In this document: piece after piece, positions 10,701 through 20,896 of the stretch
Layout: every line of letters begins with the position of its first letter
How positions within the stretch are numbered: the first letter of the stretch is position 1
Origin: an uncultured candidate division Zixibacteria bacterium
Lineage (GTDB): Bacteria > Zixibacteria > MSB-5A5 > GN15 > PGXB01
Assembly (NCBI GenBank): GCA_963702205.1
Contig: OY969724.1
Span: forward strand, 1,120,001-1,184,000
DNA length: 64,000 nt
Direction of reading: 5' to 3'
Program-made: the position numbers and the translations under genes
Notes under the pieces: model-generated
Seen by the model: the letters and a program-made list of their open reading frames with translations, nothing else
What the model was told of the DNA's origin: nothing
Databases searched by the model: none

Positions 10701-12720
10701 ATGATTATGAAAAACGTACTTAAAATATTTCTGGTTCTTATCGTACTGCTCGGCCTGGCCGTGCTATTGTATTTTTTCAATCCCCTCGGTTTCGGCAAAG
10801 GCAAAAACGCCGCACTGGCGGAAATCATTCATTACGAAGACGTCCGTTTCGCACCCAAAGAGCTGATGACTTATCTGTCCGACAAAGACCCAGATATCCG
10901 CAGTCGCGCCGCTCTGGCAATCGGGCGGATCAACGACCCGAAAACGATCGAGTCGCTCTTCCCCCTGCTAAATGATTCGTCGACACAGGTCGCGTCATCG
11001 GCAGCGTTTGCTATCGGCCTGAGCGGCCATCCCGAATACGCCCGGACTTTGATTCGCAACTGTGACATTTATGAAGCCGAGGTTCGCGCGGCAGTGATAC
11101 GAGCGGTCGGGTTTTTGGCGGACAGGACCTGTGCCCGACGTTTACGACGGAATCAAAGTCTTTCTGTCCGATCCCGATCACCGCGTCCGCGAACAGGCGG
11201 CGATGGCTTCGTTCCGCGCGCACGACCGCAGCGCCGCGCCGGATTTGATAAATATCTGCCGCAATGACCCGGTGCGAACCGTCAGGGTGGCGGCTCTATT
11301 CACCCTCGTAAGACTGCGTTCGACCGACGATCTCGGACTCTACGTCGACTGGCTGCCCGACAGCGATCCATTTGTGAGGTCGCTGGCCCTGCGCGGTCTG
11401 GCTCTGTCCAAAGACACCGCCGAAATAAGAAACCTCGCCGGCGGCCTCAACGACCGCGATAACGGTGTCGTCGCCGAGGCAATAACCTCTTTATCGAAAA
11501 TCGAGTCTCCGCGTGCGGTTAAATATCTTTATGACCGCTATCTCGACGAATCCGATGAAAAACTCCGGGTGCTGTTTTTGCAGACTTTCAGTCGACTTAA
11601 AAACGACGTCGCCGAAGGCCCGGCGCTGGATGCCATCCACGAGGATTCCAGCATCAATATCAAAGCGGCGGCTATCGAATATCTTCTCAAAATCCGGGGT
11701 CCGGAAATGCTGGCCCTGACAGATTCGCTTCTGGATCTGAAAAACCGATTTTTAACTCTGACCATAATTCAGGCCCTGGCCGAGGTCAACGAAGAGACCG
11801 TCGAACTGAGACTGAAAGGTCTGGCCGACGACAGCTCGGCCGTCATCAGGGCCTATGCCTTCGACGCCCTTTGCACGGTCGATTCGGCCAGCGCCGCCAA
11901 AGTCAATTACAATATCGATAAAGCCCTGGGTGATACCAGTTATGTCGTGGTAACCGCCGCCGTCGATTATATCGGCCAGCACCGGCTGAGCGGACATCTG
12001 CCCCAGCTTAATACCATCATGAAAATGGAAACGATGGCACATCCCGACCTGCGGCGTTCGGTGGTGCAGGCGGCGGCCTCCATTCTTAAAAGCGATACGA
12101 CTATACAGGCGGCAGAAGAAATTCTATATATGGGTCTGCACGATAAAGACTACGTGGTCAGTCTTACCGCCGCCGATTCTTATAAAAACGTCCTCGGCGT
12201 CGATAAGTCGCAATATATCAGCCGCCCCAGGGAGATGGCCACGGTCGGAGCGATTAAGTCGTTTCTGAACAAATACAAAGTCAACCCACAGGCCGTAATC
12301 AGCACGTCGAAAGGCGATATCGAACTGGAACTCTATGCCGACGTCGCCCCGCTGGCGGTTATTAATTTCATCCGTCTGGCCGGGCAGGACTTCTACAAAG
12401 ACATAATCTTCCACCGGGTCATTCCTGATTTTGTCGTACAGGCGGGCGATCCCTTTGGTGTCGGCATCGGCGGGCCGGGTTATGAGATTCGCGGTGAACC
12501 GAGCGACGCCCCCTTTGACCGGGGCGCGCTGGGTATGGCCGACTCGGGCATGGATACCGGCGGCTCGCAGTTTTTTATAACGCTTTCGCCGCAGCCGCAC
12601 CTCGAAGGCCGTTATACTATGTTCGGACAGGTGCTTTCGGGCATGGACGTGGTCGATCAGGTCGTGCGCGGTGACGTTATAAAACATGTCGCCATCAGAA
12701 AAGGTGACGAACAGAAATGA
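10701..12720 (+). CDS. Membrane-anchored HEAT-repeat protein fused to cyclophilin-type PPIase; one frameshift near 11125-11131
   Basis: N-terminal TM; HEAT repeats (DKDPDIRSRAALAIGRI, DPDHRVREQAAMA) continue across ORFs 10701..11267 and 11131..12720; cyclophilin motifs FHRVIPDFVVQAGDP and GSQFFIT...HLEGRYTMFGQV. Confidence 0.85.
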
Positions 12721-13502
12721 AGAAAATCAACGCGATTTGGTTTTTCTTTGTTCTGACTTGTCCCTGCGTTATATCCGCCATCACGGTCGATGAATTGATC
12801 GACAAAGTTCTGGCGGTCCGTCAGATGCAGTTCAATTCTGTCAATGACATGGTTTGCACGGCCGAGCAGTACGAAAAGAAAGCCGATGGTGACGGTAATA
12901 TCAAGGAAACCAAGAAGCTCATTAAAACCGTCTACGTTAAAAAAATAGACGGCCGTTGGGCGGTCGAGGAAAACTTCGAAGAGTACTATCTGAACGGTCA
13001 GAAACAGGATGAAAAGGCGCTGGCCGATGAAGTTGAGCAGATAAAAAAGGACAAGAAACGGCGGGGTAACCGGGACCTGATGTATGATCTTCTCGCGCCG
13101 CTTTTAAGTAAGAATCGTCAGATGTACAGCTTTAAATTGGATCCGGTTGTGGTCGACAGGGACGGCTTCGACTGCTATCAATTGAACGGCACGGCCGCGT
13201 CGGATATCGATACTCTTCTGAATTACACTTACTATTTCGATACGGCGTCGTACCATCTGGTCAAAGCCGACTTCACCCCGGCCCAGCTAACCGATAATTT
13301 CTTTTTCAAACTGAAAGAATTCGATATGATCATGACTTTCGAGCCATACAATGATTCGCTCTGGGTGCCGTACCGGTTCAAAATCGCCGGCAAGGGTAAA
13401 GCCATGCTGTTCATCGGGGTTAACTTCGAGGCCGAAGAAATATATTTACACCCACGGATCAATGTCGGACTGCCCGATTCTCTGTTTTCGAATATTAAAT
13501 GA
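12717..13502 (+). CDS. Secreted hypothetical protein (possible LolA-like/sorting fold)
   Basis: 261-aa ORF with signal peptide, ATGA-coupled to the upstream gene. Confidence 0.6.
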   Translation: MKKINAIWFFFVLTCPCVISAITVDELIDKVLAVRQMQFNSVNDMVCTAEQYEKKADGDGNIKETKKLIKTVYVKKIDGRWAVEENFEEYYLNGQKQDEKALADEVEQIKKDKKRRGNRDLMYDLLAPLLSKNRQMYSFKLDPVVVDRDGFDCYQLNGTAASDIDTLLNYTYYFDTASYHLVKADFTPAQLTDNFFFKLKEFDMIMTFEPYNDSLWVPYRFKIAGKGKAMLFIGVNFEAEEIYLHPRINVGLPDSLFSNIK

Positions 13503-13515
13503 TCGAGGAGGATAG

Positions 13516-13998
13516 ATGAAGACCAAACTTATCAATTTGGAAATGCCCGGTGACGTCAACGTCATTTTCGGAATGACGCATTTTATAAAGACGGTGGAAG
13601 ATATTTATGAGATGATGGTCGGCGTTTCGTCGACGGTCAAATTCGGCGTCGCCTTTTGCGAGGCCTCGGGCCCGTGTTTGATTCGGTCCGACGGCAACGA
13701 GCCGGAACTGGTTAAACTGGCCGAAGAGCAAATGTTCGGAATCGCGTGCGGACACGCCTTCATTATATATATGCGCGACGGGTATCCGATCAATTTCCTG
13801 CCGAGACTTAAAATGATCCCCGAAATCTGCCGAATATTCTGCGCCACGGCCAATCCCGTTCAGATCGTGGTCGCCGAAACCGAACAGGGTCGGGGCGTGA
13901 TGGGTGTCATCGACGGCGGTATGCCCAAGGGTATCGAAACCGCCGCCGACAAGAAGAAACGCCACAAATTCCTGAGAGATATAGGGTACAAGAGATAA
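13516..13998 (+). CDS. Adenosine-specific kinase family protein (DUF355-like)
   Basis: NVIFGMTHFIKTVEDIYE, FGVAFCEASGPCLIR, EICRIFCATANP, GRGVMGVIDG, FLRDIGYKR; GAGGAGG RBS. Confidence 0.85.
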   Translation: MKTKLINLEMPGDVNVIFGMTHFIKTVEDIYEMMVGVSSTVKFGVAFCEASGPCLIRSDGNEPELVKLAEEQMFGIACGHAFIIYMRDGYPINFLPRLKMIPEICRIFCATANPVQIVVAETEQGRGVMGVIDGGMPKGIETAADKKKRHKFLRDIGYKR

Positions 13999-14020
13999 AA
14001 TCCACCACGGACGGTGTAAT

Positions 14021-14061
14021 AAAACCGGGCTCGCGTCTTTCTTTTTTGCGGGCCCGGTTTT
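14021..14061. terminator. Bidirectional terminator between convergent genes
   Basis: AAAACCGGGCTCGC...GCGGGCCCGGTTTT stem with A/T tails between stops at 13998 (+) and 14086 (-). Confidence 0.75.
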
Positions 14062-14085
14062 AATTATTAATCCGAAAACTCGGAA

Positions 14086-14430
14086 TTAATCCCGAAAGAG
14101 GTAGTCACCCATCGCGTGCGATAGGATATTCTCGGTTTGCTCGTCGAGATTGATCATCGAGAAACCGATGTCGTATTCGTTGGTGTGGAGGTTGTGGCGA
14201 CACCACACGCTGCGAGCGTCGACACTTAAAACGTGTTCACCCGCGATGGCGTCGGGGATGGTCAGACCGAATTGAAAATAAGCCTCCGACTCGATCGGTT
14301 CGCTGGTCGATAACATAAGTCCGTCCACGGATAGGTTGATCAGGGTTCCGGCCGAATAGCCGGTACGCTCATCGACTACTTCCATATAGTACGACGGGCG
14401 TTTTCTGATGCTTTGTCTGCGGTTCTCCAT
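14086..14430 (-). CDS. PilZ-domain (c-di-GMP-binding) protein
   Basis: RQSIR (RxxxR), NLSVDG ([DN]xSxxG), SVWCR...IGFS; ATG at 14430 preceded by AGGGGGAGAG. Confidence 0.8.
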   Translation of the reverse strand: MENRRQSIRKRPSYYMEVVDERTGYSAGTLINLSVDGLMLSTSEPIESEAYFQFGLTIPDAIAGEHVLSVDARSVWCRHNLHTNEYDIGFSMINLDEQTENILSHAMGDYLFRD

Positions 14431-14651
14431 CTCTCCCCCTGTAGATTTCCAGCCATTAGTTTTATGGAATATTATAAATGAATAGCCCGTAGGCAACAAA
14501 AAAATCGAGACGAATCCTATTGCAATACCGGGGTATAAACGGGCCCGGGAGATCGCGCTCTTGACAACTGTCTTATTTCTGGTAGCTCACCCAACGGGTG
14601 AGTGAGCATGTTATAGCAATCCCAATGGTCCAATAGGTGACCCTCCGAAGA

Positions 14652-14801
14652 GGCTTGTTGAAAAACCAGTAGGTCGGCTTCCGAATCCTGACGAAGTCAG
14701 GAGAGAAAGCCGACATCTTGTTGTCGGGTTTCTCGTTACGCTTCGCTCCACTCGGAACCCGACCTACTTCTTGCACCATACGAGCATTTTTTCAACAGGC
14801 C
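14652..14801. mobile_element. MITE-like element (150 bp) with 14-bp terminal inverted repeats enclosing an inverted pair of GTAG-type REP hairpins
   Basis: GGCTTGTTGAAAAA (14652-14665) versus TTTTTCAACAGGCC (14788-14801), 1 mismatch; internal GTAGGTCGG...CCGACCTAC; 14653-14774 recurs at 48539-48660 with 2 mismatches. Confidence 0.7.
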
Positions 14802-14865
14802 AAAATTAATTTGGAGGGGTTTAATCACCCTGATCCTTGTGACGGACGCTCCAGAGGTCTTTTCT

Positions 14866-15345
14866 TTATTCGGTAAATTCCTGTTCGGTAGCCGCAAGGC
14901 GCTTTTCGGCTTCGAGCCAGTCTTCATGGTCGAGCCCGTCGTTTTTTCCCCGTTTCTCGAACAAGTTGTACGCCACCTGGCGGATGTCGGCTTCACGGTT
15001 GTTCTCGCCGCTCAGTTCCAGGCGGGCCTTCGTGCCGTCTTTCGCTTCGATTTCGAGGTGGGCGTCGAAGCCATGGTCGTCCTGCAACAGCCGGATACTG
15101 GCCGGGTCTTTGATGACAACCGACGGCTCATAGATCTGTTCCGGGTTGTTGGATAACGTACACAATTCCAGACCGTCAATGAGACGACCCTTTTTTGTCA
15201 GTGCCAGCCCGATAAACGGACGGCTTGAGATCACGGATTTTTTGCCATTTTTCGCGAGGCTGATATTGATCGAACGATGTTGATGATCGTGACTGAATTT
15301 TTTGCAGAACCGCGACCAGGTATTGCGTTTGATTTCCCTGGACAT
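14866..15345 (-). CDS. DUF5335-like domain fused to DUF2934-like C-terminal domain
   Basis: MSREIKRNTWSRFCKKFSHDH N-terminus; C-terminal IRQVAYNLFEKRG..DGLDHEDWLEAEKRL; GGGAGG RBS before ATG 15345. Confidence 0.65.
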   Translation of the reverse strand: MSREIKRNTWSRFCKKFSHDHQHRSINISLAKNGKKSVISSRPFIGLALTKKGRLIDGLELCTLSNNPEQIYEPSVVIKDPASIRLLQDDHGFDAHLEIEAKDGTKARLELSGENNREADIRQVAYNLFEKRGKNDGLDHEDWLEAEKRLAATEQEFTE

Positions 15346-15464
15346 CACTTCCTCCCTAAAAATTCCTTGTCCTTGTGCTCCACTATGGGACATTTCCCAT
15401 ATATTAATTTATTTCGGCAGTTTTCCTGTCCGGTACAGCCTATACGTTATACTTTAGAAAATTA

Positions 15465-16658
15465 TTAGCCGTTCGTTGTCAAACGAATAATCGGGGCTTC
15501 GGTGGGACAACCAAGGCGGAACGGGAACCAGTGCCCGACTCCCGATGAAAGATACATGCGGCTGGGGCTGATAACGTATTCTCCCCATAAGTATTTGCCG
15601 GGCATGAAAATATTAAACAAACTGCGGCCGTCGAAGCCGATCTGTCCGCCGTGCGTGTGCCCGGACAGTGTCAAATTTATATTGTGCTCGGCCGCGTAAT
15701 CAAAGCCCTCCGGCCGATGACACATCAAAATCCTGAAATCTGTTTCCGGTTGATTTTGCAGAGCCTCACCGATTGATCTCTTCAAAAACGGGCGGGGGTC
15801 TTCGCGCAAAGAAACGGGATCGTCGGCGCCGGCAATCAGGATGCTCGTTTCGCCCTTTTTTATGACGGCACTGCTGCTGCGCAGAAGCGGGATTTCGCTT
15901 TTATCGAAAATACTCAGGACTTTTTCTATGCCACGGTAATATTCATGATTGCCAAGACAGGCAAAATGACCGTAGGGTGCCTTGAATTCACTGACCAGCT
16001 TCAAGGTGTCGGGAAGCAGGGGCAGATGATCGGCAATATCGCCGGTATAAAGGACCAGATCCGGGTGGTATTCCTCCGCCTTGAGAAGGGCCTCTTCAAC
16101 GTCTTTGACATACTTATAAATGCCGAGGTGCGAGTCGGTCAGCTGGAGGATTTTAAACCCTTCCAGCTCAGGCGGCAGGTTCTTGTAGGTCATATCTTTG
16201 ACTTCGACTTTGGTCCCGCCGAAGGCACCTCCCACGCCGCCGACCGACATGGCGACAGCCGTTACGGGAAGAGCCGCCGCCGCGCCTTGCAGGAATACCC
16301 GCCGCCCCTGATCCGGGACGGACGATGAACCGGTTTTGGCTTGTTTCTTTTCATGGCGGTGAAGCAGGCGATTGAAAATACCCGATATCGGCAGCGAAAG
16401 CATCAGGGCGACCAGCATGACCAGCGTCGCCGCGGTAGCGGTGGCCCCGGCCTTGAAGACGAACCATTGACGATCGTAAAATCCGATAAACCAGGCCAAT
16501 ATTGAAAGCAGGCCGGCCACCGGGACGCCGATAGTTGCCCAGCGGATGTATTTATTCTTCCACCAGCGGCGGTTGAGCGAGCGCATCAGTAGTATTTCGA
16601 TAAGACCGAAAATCGCAACAATAATCGCCGCAAATATGATCGGGTATATAATTCTCAT
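15465..16658 (-). CDS. Membrane-anchored calcineurin-like metallophosphoesterase (YkuE/YaeI-like)
   Basis: TDSHLG, TGDIAD, LGNHEYY, LMCHRPE, LSGHTHGGQI motifs; three N-terminal TM helices and RRVFL. Confidence 0.9.
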   Translation of the reverse strand: MRIIYPIIFAAIIVAIFGLIEILLMRSLNRRWWKNKYIRWATIGVPVAGLLSILAWFIGFYDRQWFVFKAGATATAATLVMLVALMLSLPISGIFNRLLHRHEKKQAKTGSSSVPDQGRRVFLQGAAAALPVTAVAMSVGGVGGAFGGTKVEVKDMTYKNLPPELEGFKILQLTDSHLGIYKYVKDVEEALLKAEEYHPDLVLYTGDIADHLPLLPDTLKLVSEFKAPYGHFACLGNHEYYRGIEKVLSIFDKSEIPLLRSSSAVIKKGETSILIAGADDPVSLREDPRPFLKRSIGEALQNQPETDFRILMCHRPEGFDYAAEHNINLTLSGHTHGGQIGFDGRSLFNIFMPGKYLWGEYVISPSRMYLSSGVGHWFPFRLGCPTEAPIIRLTTNG

Positions 16659-16772
16659 CGTGTTTAATTATACGGTACTTTTTATTTCATGCCCAGAAAA
16701 ATTGCCGGATATTGTTTTAAGAAATCCCTTGCCTGCGGCGTTGATGTCTGCGTATATTAATCGCGACAATAA

Positions 16773-16855
16773 ATCCGTTGGGGGTGGCGTAAAAATTTCG
16801 CCTGAGATTATACCCCCTAACCTGATCCGGGTAATGCCGGCGTAGGGAAACGGGC
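16773..16855 (+). ncRNA. TPP (thi-box) riboswitch
   Basis: P1 CCGTT/AACGG; GGGGTG...CTGAGA-TT-ATACCC..AACCTGATC-CGG-GTAATG-CCGG-CGTAGGGA matches the TPP aptamer consensus. Confidence 0.93.
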
Positions 16856-16881
16856 AGAAGTACAGGCTTTTTGCCGTTGAT

Positions 16882-16917
16882 CCGTCCATGCCGGTTATTC
16901 CGGTCGGACGGTTTTTT
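16882..16917 (+). terminator. Riboswitch expression-platform terminator
   Basis: CCGTCC...GGACGG stem followed by TTTTTT, between the aptamer and ATG 16943. Confidence 0.75.
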
Positions 16918-16942
16918 GATTTTTGGCAAAGGAGCCTGTATT

Positions 16943-19411
16943 ATGAGACTTTCAAGATCATTCTTAGTTTTTTGTCTGCTCTTCATCCCAGCCATTCTTC
17001 AAGGGGCAACTATCAGAGGCATCGTGACCGATCGCCAGGGCCAGCCGGTGGCCTCGGTTAATATCGCGACCGACCGTTCGGATTTCAAATCCACGACCGA
17101 TCAAAACGGCCAGTTTACAATCGTAACCGACACGGCTCAAATAAGTTATCTTACATTCAGCCATGTCAGTTATCAGCCGGTGATGCGTAAAATAAAGCCC
17201 TCGGATCTGGCCGGAGAGATTAAAATCGTCCTCGATGAAGCGGTTTATCCCGGGCAGAAAATTCGTGTTACGGCCATGCGCGCGCGCGCCGGTTATACGC
17301 CGGTGGCCTATTCCGATTTCACCCAGCAGGACATCAAGCGCGATTACACTGTCGCCGATTTCCCGGTTCTGCTCGAAACGACGCCCAATATGTACGCCAT
17401 CTCATACACCGGCGGCATGGTCGGCGCCAGCGATTTTAAAATACGCGGGTTTGATTATAAACGCATCGGCGTCTATATCAACGGCATTCCGCTCAACGAC
17501 CCCGAGGATCGTTTCACGTACTTTTATGACCTGCCCGATTTCGCCGCCGAAGTGACGGATATACAGGTCCAACGAGGGGTCGGAAATTCACTCTACGGCG
17601 ACGCCACGTTTGGCGGGTCGATCAATATCGCGTTGGGCGGTCTGGGTGAAGCCCGCAACATTTCGGTTTCATCCGGCTATGGCCGGTATCTTGGTGACGA
17701 GCATTTTTTATCGGAGATGCGCAAACAGGCGGTGGAATATTCCTCGGGCCTGATCGACGGCCGCTGGCTTTTGGGCGGGCGTTATTCCAAGCTGTATAGC
17801 GGCGGGTATCGAGAAAACGCCTGGTACGACGGCTGGGCGTACTATTTTACCGTGTCGCGCCTCGATCCCCGTATGACAACGACGGTCAATCTTTACGGCG
17901 GCCCCATGAAGGCGCATCTCGCTTTCGACGGCATTGACCGCACCACCGAAGCCGTCGACCGGCGTTATAACCCGGCCACGTACGACAATGAAATCGATAA
18001 TTTCAATCAGCCTCACTATGAACTTCACAACAGCTATCAATTGAACGACAAGATGATTCTCGAGAACACGCTTTATTATATCCGGGGCGACGGTTACTAC
18101 GAACAGTACAAACAGGGTCAGGACCCGACCGCCTATAATATTGCGCCGGAAGACCTGGTCAACCCCGCCCAGACCGAAATCGACCTTGTCCGCCAGAAAT
18201 GGGTATCGAAAAACCAGTACGGCTGGAATCCGCGTCTGGACTGGAACCACAAACGCGGCAAAGCCACGTTGGGCGGATCGTTTTATTATTTCGATTCCGA
18301 GCACTGGGGGCAGGTGGTCTGGGCCGAGAATGTCAATCGCGAACTCGGTGCGCGTCATCGTTACTATGAATATTCCGGCAAAAAATACTCGGCATCGTTT
18401 TATGGCCTTGAGTATTATTCTCTGACTTCGAAACTCCGACTTATGGGCAACCTGCAGCTTCGCTATCTTAAGTACGATTTCGATCAAACCCCGATGGGTA
18501 CGCTGGTCGGGTATAAGTACAATGTCGACTGGCTGTTTCTCTCCCCGCGCTGCGGCCTGACCTATCTCACCAGCGACCGGTCGGATATCTATGCCAGTTT
18601 CGCGATTGCGTCCCGGGAACCGTCGGACGTGACTATCTACGACGCCGAAGATATCTACGCCACTCCGCAGCTGAATTTGTTGAATGTCGAGGACACCCCC
18701 AACGGTCAGGTTTATCATTTCGGCGATCCCTATGCCAAGCCCGAACGCCTTTATAATTTCGAGCTGGGCGGGCATTTGCACGGGGACCGGTTCCGCAGCG
18801 GACTTGACGTGTACTGGATGGAATTCAAGAACGAAATCATCCCCGAAGGCGGTCTCGATGAATCCGGCAATCAGCGGGTCGGCAACGCCGACCGCTCGCG
18901 GCACGTTGGCATCGAATTCGAGGGGAGCGTCCGGCCTCTGTCAAACCTGACTTTTTCCGGCAACGCCGCCTACAGCTATAACCGCATCGAGAAATACATC
19001 GCCTACCGCGACACCGACTACGACGGCAAGGTCGACGACACCACCGACTATTCCGGCCATCCGACCGCCGGTTTCCCCGACGTGCTGGCTAACCTGATTG
19101 TCGACTATCAAAAAGACTGGTTGCGTCTGACCTATAGAATTCGCGGCGTCGGAAAACAGTATGTCGACAACGGCGGCAACGATTCTCTGGCGATTGATCC
19201 GTATACGATTTCGTCGATTTCAGCCTCGGCCACCCTAAAGAAACTCATCGGCGCGGGCAACTTGATACTCAGCGGACGGGTCGACAATCTTTTCAACTAC
19301 AAGTACGAGCAGTCCGGCTATTCTTATGAGTATGCGGGGACCTGGTACGGTGAGTATTATGTCGGGGCCGAGCGGAGCTACTATATACAGCTTAAGTGGG
19401 AATTCAAATAA
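16943..19411 (+). CDS. TonB-dependent outer-membrane receptor, probable thiamine uptake
   Basis: Signal peptide, carboxypeptidase-regulatory-like N-domain, plug motifs IRGFD..RIGVYINGIPLND and IQVQRGVGNSLYG, C-terminal RVDNLFN...RSYYIQLKWEFK; downstream of TPP riboswitch; AAGGAG RBS. Confidence 0.9.
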   Translation: MRLSRSFLVFCLLFIPAILQGATIRGIVTDRQGQPVASVNIATDRSDFKSTTDQNGQFTIVTDTAQISYLTFSHVSYQPVMRKIKPSDLAGEIKIVLDEAVYPGQKIRVTAMRARAGYTPVAYSDFTQQDIKRDYTVADFPVLLETTPNMYAISYTGGMVGASDFKIRGFDYKRIGVYINGIPLNDPEDRFTYFYDLPDFAAEVTDIQVQRGVGNSLYGDATFGGSINIALGGLGEARNISVSSGYGRYLGDEHFLSEMRKQAVEYSSGLIDGRWLLGGRYSKLYSGGYRENAWYDGWAYYFTVSRLDPRMTTTVNLYGGPMKAHLAFDGIDRTTEAVDRRYNPATYDNEIDNFNQPHYELHNSYQLNDKMILENTLYYIRGDGYYEQYKQGQDPTAYNIAPEDLVNPAQTEIDLVRQKWVSKNQYGWNPRLDWNHKRGKATLGGSFYYFDSEHWGQVVWAENVNRELGARHRYYEYSGKKYSASFYGLEYYSLTSKLRLMGNLQLRYLKYDFDQTPMGTLVGYKYNVDWLFLSPRCGLTYLTSDRSDIYASFAIASREPSDVTIYDAEDIYATPQLNLLNVEDTPNGQVYHFGDPYAKPERLYNFELGGHLHGDRFRSGLDVYWMEFKNEIIPEGGLDESGNQRVGNADRSRHVGIEFEGSVRPLSNLTFSGNAAYSYNRIEKYIAYRDTDYDGKVDDTTDYSGHPTAGFPDVLANLIVDYQKDWLRLTYRIRGVGKQYVDNGGNDSLAIDPYTISSISASATLKKLIGAGNLILSGRVDNLFNYKYEQSGYSYEYAGTWYGEYYVGAERSYYIQLKWEFK

Positions 19412-19425
19412 GACAAAGTGTATAG

Positions 19426-20817
19426 ATGTCCTACATTGACTATGGTATAATCATTTTATATCTCGTCGGTTTGATGGCGGTTGGGTTCACCGACCGCTCG
19501 TCGAAACGCGAATCGGCGACGGGTTACATCCTGGGTGGCCGCACCCTGACCCTCCCCGCCTTCGTGGCGACGCTCGTCTCCACCTGGTATGGTGGCATAC
19601 TGGGCGTGGGTGAGTACAGCTTCAGCTATGGCCTCTCTAATTGGCTGGTGTTCGGGGTGCCGTACTATCTGGCGGCTTTGCTGTTCGCGCTGTTTCTGGC
19701 CAAAAAGGCCCGCACCGCCGAAGTGCTCACGATCCCCGATCAGCTCGAAGCGGCGTACGGACGCGGTCCGGCGGTCGCCGGAAGCATAATACTGTTTCTT
19801 GTGACGATCCCCGGCGCCTACGTTTTAATGCTGGCCGTGCTCGGCAACATCCTTTTCGGCTGGCCGCTCTGGCTCGGTGGCGTGCTGGGGCTGCTCTTTT
19901 CGGTCTTTTATGTGCACCTCGGGGGCTTTCGGTCGGTAGTACGCACCGATCTTCTTCAGTTTATTCTTATGTTCCTCGGTTTTGCCGTTCTGTTGGTTGT
20001 GCTCGTGGTTCAGTATGGCGGGTTCGAGTTTATCAAAGCATCGGTGCCTCCTTCTCATCTCACCTGGAACGGTGGCAATTCCGGCTGGTATATCGCGACC
20101 TGGTATTTTATCGCACTGGCGACTCTGGTTGAACCGGCTTTCTATCAGCGCTGCTACGCCGCCAAAACCGCCGCCACCGCCCGTCGGGGGATTTATATTT
20201 CGATCATTTTCTGGGTCGTCTTCGATTTCATGACCACCTCGTGCGGACTCTATGCCCGCGCTTTGCTGCCGAACCTGGCCGACCCGGTCGGTTCCTATCC
20301 GGCGCTGGCCGAAGCGGTTCTCCCCCCCGGCCTGCTCGGGCTTTTTATGCTGGCGCTCATGGCGACCATCATGTCAACCGTCGATTCATACTCATTTCTG
20401 GCGGCGTCGACCTACGGCCGCGATATTATCTGGCGAATCTGGAAAGTGTCCGATGACAAAATCACCTTCCACACGCGAATTGGCTTGCTGCTGTCGTCGG
20501 TCATCGCGATAACAGTGGCTCTATATTTCCAGTCGGTCATTGAGATCTGGCACGATTTCGGCTCGGTGGTCACACCGGCGCTTCTGGTGCCGCTGTTCTT
20601 CACTTTCATCGGGCGCAGGCGCATGAGCCCGAAAGCCGCGCTCACATGCATCGTAGCATCCGGAGGCCTCTCGCTGGTCTGGCTGGTGCTGGGCAAGATA
20701 TTAAATCCGGAAGGGTAATTCCTCGGCATCGCGGCCATATTCCCCGGTCTTGTGCTCTCGGTCATCATCTTTTTGCTGACGGCCCGGTCCGACAAAATCG
20801 TCAAAAAGCCGTTGTAA
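19426..20817 (+). CDS. Sodium:solute symporter (SSS), probable thiamine/precursor permease; in-frame TAA at 20716-20718
   Basis: YILGGRTL, ATLVSTWYGG, GGFRSVVRTDLLQF, FYQRCYAAK, MATIMSTVDS; after the TAA the frame continues FLGIAAIFPGLVLSVIIFLLT (one more TM helix) to TAA 20817. Confidence 0.85.
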
Positions 20818-20896
20818 TTATCCCCCGTCTCATTTATAATACACTGCTTGACATTTCATCAATAATCCGGCACGATTAAAAAAGGCAGGTTATACA

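Noticed and set aside
14573..14779. Paralogous small ORFs 14573..14779 and 48522..48731 (also 43925..44158)
   Set aside because: Their similarity comes from translating the non-coding REP/MITE repeat
17708..18904. Long antisense ORFs (also 8487..9347, 46360..47214, 54467..55399, 59478..60605)
   Set aside because: They fully overlap well-supported genes on the opposite strand and show no recognisable motifs
20716..20718. Selenocysteine, pyrrolysine or alternative-code readthrough
   Set aside because: The codon is TAA, which is used as a normal stop throughout the window; no recoding element was seen
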